Source of the DNA: Thermoplasmata archaeon
GTDB taxonomy: Archaea > Thermoplasmatota > Thermoplasmata > Lutacidiplasmatales > UBA184
Direction of reading: 5' to 3'
Assembly (NCBI GenBank): GCA_030038895.1
Contig: JASHQX010000002.1
Location: 1-41,954 of the forward strand
Length of the DNA stretch: 41,954 nt
Part shown: one piece after another, positions 35,701 through 41,954 of the stretch
How positions within the stretch are numbered: position 1 is the stretch's first letter
How the letters are laid out: the number at the start of each line of letters is the position of its first letter
Made by a program: the position numbers and the translations under genes
The notes under the pieces: generated by a model
The model's input: the letters and a program-made list of their open reading frames with translations, nothing else
What the model was told of the DNA's origin: nothing
Database searches by the model: none

Positions 35701-36615
35701 TCACTCGGTCTTTGCCGGTGCCTTTGCAGGCGCGGAGCGGCGGGTCGGCTTGGGAGCGGGGGCCGGTTCGGTCGGGGCCGCCGTATCCGCTGCCGGCGGG
35801 GCCGGAACTCCGGGAGCGGGCGCTGTCTCCTTCGCGGGGGCCTTCGGGGGGGTCGGCTCAGCTTTCTTCTCGCTCGAGGGAGTGACGTACTCTTCCACGA
35901 TCCGGATGGTCTCGGGGTGCAGGTAGGTCCGCAGCCGATCGATCACCCGGGGTTTCGCCGCCATCCATGCGATGTCGAACTTCGAGCGCTCGGGGATCCT
36001 GAGTGTGAGAGTCTTCTCGCGATGTTCGATGTGGAACTCGCTCGATCGCCCATACTGGAGCTCGAGGATCGCGCGAGCCTTCGCCACGGAGTCCGCGATC
36101 CTCTCGACGACCTTGAACGTCCCCTTGATCCGACGGCCTGCGAAGGGGGGATTGAAGTCCACCCGGACGCGCGCCGCGGTCATCGACATGACCCGCCCGC
36201 GCCGACCTTCAATCGTGAGGACCGTTCCGACGTCGAGATGCGCGTTCTCCCGTCGCATCTCGGGCAACCGCTCGATCTCGTGCATCGAGAACAGCTCGAT
36301 CAGTTTTGGATCTCGCTCGCCGAACGCCTCGGCCGGAGCGAACTCGCGTGCGACCTCCTCGCCGACCGGGATGCCGGCGAGGGCGTTCTCGACCCCCGTC
36401 GGGAAGTAGTCGCCCCCAATCTGGTGCGGTCGAGGTCCCCAGGTACGTCCCTCGGCGGCAGGCAGGTGAGCGTTCTGCGCCACCTCCTCGTGCGTCGTGT
36501 CGAGCAACTCGGTCTTGCCCCCGATCTCGGACCAGAGGTCGTACTCGATCCGGACGAGGTCCCCCGCCTGCGTGAGATCGGCGGCGGCGGTGCCCGGAGG
36601 GGTCTCTGCCGTCAT
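35701..36615 (-). CDS. Long-type archaeal FKBP peptidyl-prolyl isomerase (SlyD-like)
   Basis: Motifs GDLVRIEY, LLDTT, PAEAFGERDP and RVRVDFNPPFAG. C-terminal domain followed by an Ala/Pro/Lys tail. Confidence 0.88.
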   Translation of the reverse strand: MTAETPPGTAAADLTQAGDLVRIEYDLWSEIGGKTELLDTTHEEVAQNAHLPAAEGRTWGPRPHQIGGDYFPTGVENALAGIPVGEEVAREFAPAEAFGERDPKLIELFSMHEIERLPEMRRENAHLDVGTVLTIEGRRGRVMSMTAARVRVDFNPPFAGRRIKGTFKVVERIADSVAKARAILELQYGRSSEFHIEHREKTLTLRIPERSKFDIAWMAAKPRVIDRLRTYLHPETIRIVEEYVTPSSEKKAEPTPPKAPAKETAPAPGVPAPPAADTAAPTEPAPAPKPTRRSAPAKAPAKTE

Positions 36616-36701
36616 GGCCCCGCCGAACCGGGGGGTCGGATAACGTTTTTCGGTACCATCGGGGCCGCCAAACGGACAGGGATTGGTCCGGGTCTGGGAA
36701 G

Positions 36702-37556
36702 TTACCTCGCGGAGATTCCGGCAGGTACCGGAGTAGCCGTCCGGACTCGACGACGTCGCTCCCGTACCATCGCCGAGAGGAGGGCGGGCGGTTTCATCAG
36801 CGCGTCCAGATAACGGAGGGGATGTTGGACGGGGCGCCTCTGTTCCCTCAGTCTCGCTCCAAGCTCGCCGTTCTTGAGGAGTGACATCGCCATGGGAACG
36901 TGGTAGAGTCGGTAGCGCCTGGACGCCCAGCGGAAGAGGTTCGTCTCATCGCTCTTGTCGTGGTAGACCCAAGCGTCCGGGACGTACAGCCCGTGGAGCC
37001 CGGAGTGGACCGCGCGGATTTCCAGGTCGTAGTCCTCCGCGCCGGGGATAGTCGGGTCGAAGTGCAGGGCGCGAAGTGCTGCGGTCCTCCACGCGGTATT
37101 CTGAAGGGGGAGGTACGTCACGCTTTTTCCGACGAGATCGTCGTAGATCGATTGTTCGAGCAGAGCGACGTACTGCTCGATCGGCCCGTGCGGAGGCCGC
37201 CGGGGACGCGTAGGTCCTCCCGTGAAATCGGCTCGTCCCTGCTCGATGGGAGTGACGAGACGCTCAAGCCATTCCGGGGGCGCGACCTCGTCCGTGTCGA
37301 GGAAGGCTGTGGTCGCCGAGTCGATGCTCTCAAGAGATCCCTCGCGCGCATCGACGGCCCGACCCGGGATCCGCTCAACCCGGATCGGCAAGCCGGGAAA
37401 TCGCCGCTCGGCCTCGGCGAATAGGGCCGGCGGGCTCGCCGGTGAGCCAGCGATCAACACCTGATCGGGTCGACGGGTCTGCTGATCGAGCGACGCAAGA
37501 GCATCGAGAAGGCGCGGATCGTCAAGGACGGCTAGTTCGACGCAAATCGTTCCCAC
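36702..37556 (-). CDS. Glycosyltransferase family 2
   Basis: Motifs LASLDQQTRRPD, AFLDTD (DxD), PEWLERL, AEDYDL and VPDAWVYH. Confidence 0.82.
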   Translation of the reverse strand: MGTICVELAVLDDPRLLDALASLDQQTRRPDQVLIAGSPASPPALFAEAERRFPGLPIRVERIPGRAVDAREGSLESIDSATTAFLDTDEVAPPEWLERLVTPIEQGRADFTGGPTRPRRPPHGPIEQYVALLEQSIYDDLVGKSVTYLPLQNTAWRTAALRALHFDPTIPGAEDYDLEIRAVHSGLHGLYVPDAWVYHDKSDETNLFRWASRRYRLYHVPMAMSLLKNGELGARLREQRRPVQHPLRYLDALMKPPALLSAMVRERRRRVRTATPVPAGISAR

Positions 37557-37646
37557 GGTTGCTCGGCACCGGTCGGGACGCGGACCCGACCCGGCCCTCT
37601 ACCTTACGCCGCCAAGCACTTTATCTCGTGGGGGGGTGGTCGTCCC

Positions 37647-38699
37647 GTGCGGATCGTCCTTCTCGGAGGGGGGGTCCATCCGATTCCCCCGACGGGGTAT
37701 GGGGCGGTCGAACGGATCCTGGCCGACCTCGCTTCTTCGCTCGCGGCGGCGGGCCAAGAGGTCGTCATCCTCAATGAGGTACGGAGAGAGCGGACGCGCG
37801 ACGAGATCCCTTTCGCCCTGTCCGTACCCCGTCGGTTGCGCGGCGAGCGGTACGACGTTCTCCACGCGCACACGCCGGTCGTGGCGAACCGTCTCGCGCT
37901 CGCGGGTCTGCCGTTCGTCTATACTTCCCACTCCCGCCACTGGTACTACCGGGACCGGTGGACGCATCAATGGGGGTACTGGCTCGAACGTCGGGCGGTG
38001 CGTCGCGCACGATCCGTGATCGCGCTCACTGACCCGCTCGCGAGGACGATGCGAGCCGTCGTCCGTCCCCCGCTCCCACCGATCTCGGTCATCCCCTTCG
38101 GCGTCGATTCGGAGCAGTACCGACCGGCCTGGGAGCGGCGCACGGGTCTTCGTGCCCTGGGGGTCGGCGTAGTGGCTCCGTTCAAACGCTGGCACCTCGC
38201 GGCGCAAGCGACGCTCGGCACGGGGGTGACGCTGGCGATCGCGGGACCGATCGTCTCACGGACCTATGCGGAGGAGGTCCGGCGGGAGGGTGACCACGTC
38301 CGACTCCTCGGCGAAGTCCCGGATGCGGATATGCGGGCCCTCTTTGCTGAGAGCGATGTCCTCCTCCACCCGAGCGCGGTCGAGATTCTGTCTGCCACCG
38401 TGCTCGAGGCGATGGCCTCCGGGCTACCCGTGCTGGGAGGAACCGGGGTCGAGGGAGTGGTCGAGTCGGGAGTCACGGGTTGGCGGCTCGACGACCGGGA
38501 CCCCGCGGCATTCATCACGGCGATGCGAGAGCGCATCGTTGCGCTCGTTCGCGATGAGTCGATGCGCCGGCAGGTCGGGGACGCGGCCCGGGCCGTGGCT
38601 CGGGCGCGGTACAGCTGGTCCTCGATTGCCTCGCGCCACATCGAAGTGTACCGGTCCGTCGCTGCCCCCATCGCGACGGGCACCGGGGGATCTCGCTAG
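37647..38699 (+). CDS. Glycosyltransferase family 4
   Basis: Motifs PPTGYGAVER, DVLHAH, IPFGVD, HPSAVE...LEAMASGLPV and YSW. Confidence 0.88.
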   Translation: MRIVLLGGGVHPIPPTGYGAVERILADLASSLAAAGQEVVILNEVRRERTRDEIPFALSVPRRLRGERYDVLHAHTPVVANRLALAGLPFVYTSHSRHWYYRDRWTHQWGYWLERRAVRRARSVIALTDPLARTMRAVVRPPLPPISVIPFGVDSEQYRPAWERRTGLRALGVGVVAPFKRWHLAAQATLGTGVTLAIAGPIVSRTYAEEVRREGDHVRLLGEVPDADMRALFAESDVLLHPSAVEILSATVLEAMASGLPVLGGTGVEGVVESGVTGWRLDDRDPAAFITAMRERIVALVRDESMRRQVGDAARAVARARYSWSSIASRHIEVYRSVAAPIATGTGGSR

Positions 38700-39658
38700 G
38701 GCCGGATCCCACGGGCGGCGGCGATTTCCGAGATCGTTCGATCGATTGCCTCCGCACTCGACCACCGAGGCTTCCATCCGAGCTTTTCAATGCGGTCGAT
38801 GGCGAGGAGCTGCACCGGCACGTCCCCACTCCAGCCTCGGACTCCTCCGGTGTACTCGATGCGTGCATGACCCCCGTGCGCCGCGATCACTTTCTCGGCG
38901 ATCTCTCGGGCGCTGATGTGGTCGCGCGAGCCGAGGTTGTAGACGTTCACGGCTTCGTTCGCGCGCTCGCCGGCGAGCAACATTCCGTCAACGCAGTCCT
39001 CGGTCCGGAGGTAACTCTTCGACTGGCGACCGTCGCCCAGGACCTCGAGCCGGCTCGGGTCGCGACGGAGCTTGTCGAAGAAGTCGTACAGAATCCCGTG
39101 CGTCATCCCCGGGCCGATGATGTTGGCGAACCGGAAGATGAACATCCGCATGCCGTAGAGGTGGGCGTAGGCGGAGCAGAAGCCTTCCGCGGCCAGTTTC
39201 GAAGCGGCGTAGAGGGATTCCGGCTCGAGGGGGGCGTAGTCCTCGGGCGTGGGGAGCACCTTCGGCCAGCCGTAGACGACGCTCGACGAAGCGAAGAAGA
39301 ACTTCGGGACGTCGGCCTGGCGAGCCCGCTCGAGCACTTCAAACGTGGCGAGGGTGCCGAGCTCGAGATCGATCCGGCGATTGCTCGTGCCTCGGCGGAT
39401 GTCGGTGTTCGCCGCGAGGTGCCAGACCTCTCTCGCCCCGTCGTACTCATGGGCGGTAGCCTCGGCGTCGCGCACGTCCGCTACCGTGAGGAAGAGGCGG
39501 CCGGGCTGGACCGGTAGATGCTCCCGACGGCCACTCGAGAGATTGTCGATCACTCGTACGGTAGCGTCGCGAGAGAGGAGCGTTCGAGTAAGGACCGAAC
39601 CTACCGCACCGGCCCCGCCCGTGACGACCACCGGACCGTCCCGGTGCTCCGTGGTCAT
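38696..39658 (-). CDS. NAD-dependent epimerase/dehydratase (UDP-glucose 4-epimerase-like)
   Basis: Motifs VTGGAGAVG, IDNLSSG, HLAA, ASSSVVYG, YAASK and RFANIIG. Confidence 0.9.
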   Translation of the reverse strand: MTTEHRDGPVVVTGGAGAVGSVLTRTLLSRDATVRVIDNLSSGRREHLPVQPGRLFLTVADVRDAEATAHEYDGAREVWHLAANTDIRRGTSNRRIDLELGTLATFEVLERARQADVPKFFFASSSVVYGWPKVLPTPEDYAPLEPESLYAASKLAAEGFCSAYAHLYGMRMFIFRFANIIGPGMTHGILYDFFDKLRRDPSRLEVLGDGRQSKSYLRTEDCVDGMLLAGERANEAVNVYNLGSRDHISAREIAEKVIAAHGGHARIEYTGGVRGWSGDVPVQLLAIDRIEKLGWKPRWSSAEAIDRTISEIAAARGIRP

Positions 39659-39683
39659 ACGAATCCAGACCCGACAGAGAAGC

Positions 39684-39691
39684 ATATATAA
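39684..39691. promoter_or_regulatory. TATA box in a divergent intergenic region
   Basis: ATATATAA, 26-33 nt upstream of the epimerase ATG on the minus strand and about 50 nt upstream of ATG 39741 on the plus strand. Confidence 0.55.
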
Positions 39692-39740
39692 GTGGAGGGT
39701 CGCCTAAACACGACGCACCGGCTCGCCGGCGTGAAGGACC

Positions 39741-39965
39741 ATGCGCACCTACGTCCGGATGACCTTCCATTCGGAGGGTGCGAGCCCGCTGAAAGTCCTC
39801 GAAGCGATGCGGACGCTCGGCTTCGAGGAGTCGATGGGAATGCACGACTTCGTCTACCGCTGGAAGGACAAGGCGGCGATCGAAGACGTCCTCCGTCTCA
39901 TGACGGAAATGCATGAACGCCTTAAGGGCCTCGATGTCAACTACGAAATCACCACGATCTCCTGA
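39741..39965 (+). CDS. Small hypothetical protein (74 aa, alpha/beta pattern)
   Basis: AAGGA SD-like element before the ATG, typical codon usage, and a beta-alpha-beta-beta-alpha-beta-like pattern. Confidence 0.7.
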   Translation: MRTYVRMTFHSEGASPLKVLEAMRTLGFEESMGMHDFVYRWKDKAAIEDVLRLMTEMHERLKGLDVNYEITTIS

Positions 39966-39984
39966 TCCGAAACCGGCGGGGTCG

Positions 39985-40368
39985 ATGCCGCAGGACGATG
40001 TGGAGCGCCTGGAGCGTCTGCTTCTCCTTCATCTCCTCGAGCACCGGGGCCAGCAGATCCGGTTCGAAGCGTCCCAGTGGACCACCGAGTTCGGCATTAC
40101 CCGGAAATTCTCGACCGAAGATCCCGGAGAGCTCAAGCAGGCGCTACGCGCGCTCGAGATGAGTCGGATGATTTACCTCCGGACGCAGTACGTCGTCGGC
40201 TACTCGGAGCCCAAGCACGTCTATTCACTCACCCCGACCGGGCACCGCAAGGCCCTCGAATATCAGCACAAGGAAGGCGGCCCCGCGGTCGATGAGCCCG
40301 GTCCCGACGGGGGCTCCGAGCCCGAGACTCCGGGACCCCCGCTTCGTCGTTCGTCCAGCGGTTCGTGA
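39985..40368 (+). CDS. Winged-helix (PadR/MarR-like) domain protein
   Basis: Helical N-terminus and wing motif KHVYSLTPTGHRKA. Start uncertain (39934 or 39985). Confidence 0.6.
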   Translation: MPQDDVERLERLLLLHLLEHRGQQIRFEASQWTTEFGITRKFSTEDPGELKQALRALEMSRMIYLRTQYVVGYSEPKHVYSLTPTGHRKALEYQHKEGGPAVDEPGPDGGSEPETPGPPLRRSSSGS

Positions 40369-40375
40369 CCCCCGG

Positions 40376-40927
40376 ATGAGCGAGCTCGAGGGTCAAGGGG
40401 TCCGGCTTCGGGCCCTGACCCCCGCGGACTATCGAATGGTGCACGCCTGGTACGGTGACCCGGACCTGGTCGCACCGTTCGACCGGTACTCGCCGGACTC
40501 CCTCGAGGAGTTCCAGCGGTCCGTCGAGTCGGCTCCGGGGGATCCCGCGTCGCTGGCTCCGCGCTTCGCGGTCGTCGATCGGCACACGGGAGAGCTCGTG
40601 GGGGTGGTCGGCTACTACCTCGCCCACCCGGTTCTCGAGTACCTGGACGTCTGGTATCTCCTAGGAAACCCCGCGGCGCGCGGCCGGGGTTTCGGCCGAG
40701 AGGCCGTCGCCCTGCTTGTCGACCATTTGTTCCGTACCCAGTCGGTCGAGCGAATCGGGGCGACAGTGGACGTCGAAAACGTTCCATCGAACCGGCTGGT
40801 CGAGGGTCTCGGCTTCCGCTCCGAGGGGACCCTTCGCTCGGCCCTCTTCCACCACGGACGCTGGCACGACGTACGGGTCTACGGGATCACGCGTCCGGAG
40901 TGGATGGCCCGTCGTCCGCCAGCGTGA
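40376..40927 (+). CDS. GNAT acetyltransferase, RimJ/RimL family
   Basis: Motifs VRLRALTPAD, ARGRGFGREA, ENVPSNRLVEGLGFRSEGTLR and GRWHD. Confidence 0.88.
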   Translation: MSELEGQGVRLRALTPADYRMVHAWYGDPDLVAPFDRYSPDSLEEFQRSVESAPGDPASLAPRFAVVDRHTGELVGVVGYYLAHPVLEYLDVWYLLGNPAARGRGFGREAVALLVDHLFRTQSVERIGATVDVENVPSNRLVEGLGFRSEGTLRSALFHHGRWHDVRVYGITRPEWMARRPPA

Positions 40928-41639
40928 ACGCGACCTGGCTCGAGCCGTCCATGAGCCGTTGGGGTGGTTCGACAATCACGCGGCCGATCTCGCTCGTAGA
41001 ACAGAGATGGGTCCCGCCACACGGGCAGACGTCCCAGCCCGCGATCTCCACGACCCGCACCGGGTCGACCTGAGGAGGAAGCGGAACCAGACCCGACCGC
41101 TCCGAGGCGGGATTCCGATCCCACTCTTCACGGGCGACGAACCGGATCGACACCGGACGCGGATGCTCTACCGCCTCCCGCAACGCCCCCTCGAAGTCGA
41201 TGCGGTCCGTCTTCGGTAGCGGTCCCTCGAGATCGATCGTTGCCCGGATCCCTCCCATGACCGCCTTGCGGGTACGCAGCCGAGTCGCGGCGAAGATCTG
41301 CGCGCTCACGAAATGCTGGGCGGTATGGAGTCGCATGTGTCGATGCCGCCGGACCCAGTCGATCGTTCCTTCGACCTCGGCACCGACCGCGAGCATGGGA
41401 AGGTTGGCCATCTTCAGGCGGTGGATGACCGACGGACCCGACTTCGTCACGTCGACCACCCGGGTTTCCGAGCCATTGGCGAGCCGTACGACCCCGCGGT
41501 CGCCGGGCTGTCCGCCTCCGGCGGGGTAAAAGTAGGTACGGTCGAGAACGATCGCGCCCGGGGGCTGCGCCGTGACATGCGCCCGGAACGAACGAACGTA
41601 GGCGCTCGCCACGTCGGGCAGGTACGCGAGCTCTGTCAT
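40887..41639 (-). CDS. alaX: AlaX trans-editing alanyl-tRNA deacylase (AlaX-M type)
   Basis: Motifs LDRTYFYPAGGGQPGDRG, MRLHTAQH and CPCGGTH...EIG (HxxxH/CxxxH Zn site). Confidence 0.9.
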   Translation of the reverse strand: MTELAYLPDVASAYVRSFRAHVTAQPPGAIVLDRTYFYPAGGGQPGDRGVVRLANGSETRVVDVTKSGPSVIHRLKMANLPMLAVGAEVEGTIDWVRRHRHMRLHTAQHFVSAQIFAATRLRTRKAVMGGIRATIDLEGPLPKTDRIDFEGALREAVEHPRPVSIRFVAREEWDRNPASERSGLVPLPPQVDPVRVVEIAGWDVCPCGGTHLCSTSEIGRVIVEPPQRLMDGSSQVAFTLADDGPSTPDA

Positions 41640-41698
41640 CGGCCAGCCTAGCGTCTCGGCGAAGAAACCGCTTCCGACTGCCGAAAGGTCGCGCAACC

Positions 41699-41705
41699 TT
41701 TTTAA
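41699..41705 (+). promoter_or_regulatory. Putative TATA box for pcn
   Basis: TTTTTAA about 35-41 nt upstream of ATG 41740. Confidence 0.5.
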
Positions 41706-41739
41706 CAAGGGGTCGGCGTGTCGCGCGCCGGGGCCTTAG

Positions 41740-41954
41740 ATGTTCAAACTCCGCATCAAGATGGAGAACCTCCGCGAGGTCGTCGAGGTCGTCTCCACCT
41801 TGGTAAGCGAGGTCAAGTTCTCGATCTCGAAGGACGGCATCGAGGCGAAGGCGGTCGACCCCTCCCACGTAGCGATGCTGGTCCTCAAGCTACAGAAGGG
41901 AATCTTCGAGGAGTTTACCGGCGAACCCACGGAGGTCGGGGTCGACGTCGAGAA
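41740..41954 (+). CDS. pcn: DNA polymerase sliding clamp PCNA (3' partial; not in ORF track)
   Basis: Translated by hand: MFKLRIKMENLREVVEVVSTLVSEVKFSISKDGIEAKAVDPSHVAMLVLKL..., containing the hallmark AVDPSHVAM. Confidence 0.95.
   Translation, partial: MFKLRIKMENLREVVEVVSTLVSEVKFSISKDGIEAKAVDPSHVAMLVLKLQKGIFEEFTGEPTEVGVDVE

Noticed and set aside
41736-41930. 64-aa minus-strand ORF
   Set aside because: Antisense to the clear PCNA reading frame.

Overview
High-GC, gene-dense archaeal chromosome segment. Archaeal-type PheS/PheT, TFB, aIF2-gamma, S6e, S2, PCNA, PurP, phosphopantothenate synthetase and TATA-box promoters identify the domain. The gene set is consistent with a Thermoplasmata-like soil or acidophile archaeon, but that assignment is inference. 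Most of the window is housekeeping: translation, methylmalonyl-CoA mutase/epimerase/MeaB, NadB, PRPP synthetase, glycosyltransferases and an ABC exporter. I saw no CRISPR array, integrase or transposase. The most notable items are: (1) a tRNA-Ser(GGA) not shown in the ORF track, with a 33-nt intron in the T-loop (position 59/60) and an imperfect bulge-helix-bulge; (2) a stand-alone protein made of two tandem Cas4/RecB-like domains, the first catalytically intact and the second degenerate, each ending in its own 4-Cys cluster; (3) a divergent TFB paralog followed by a second Fe-S PD-(D/E)XK nuclease; (4) a TrmB-V4R fusion regulator convergent with a [4Fe-4S]-type APS reductase; (5) a divergent pair of a coiled-coil protein and a ribbon-helix-helix protein, plus several microproteins. 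All calls come from manual motif reading; no searches were run.
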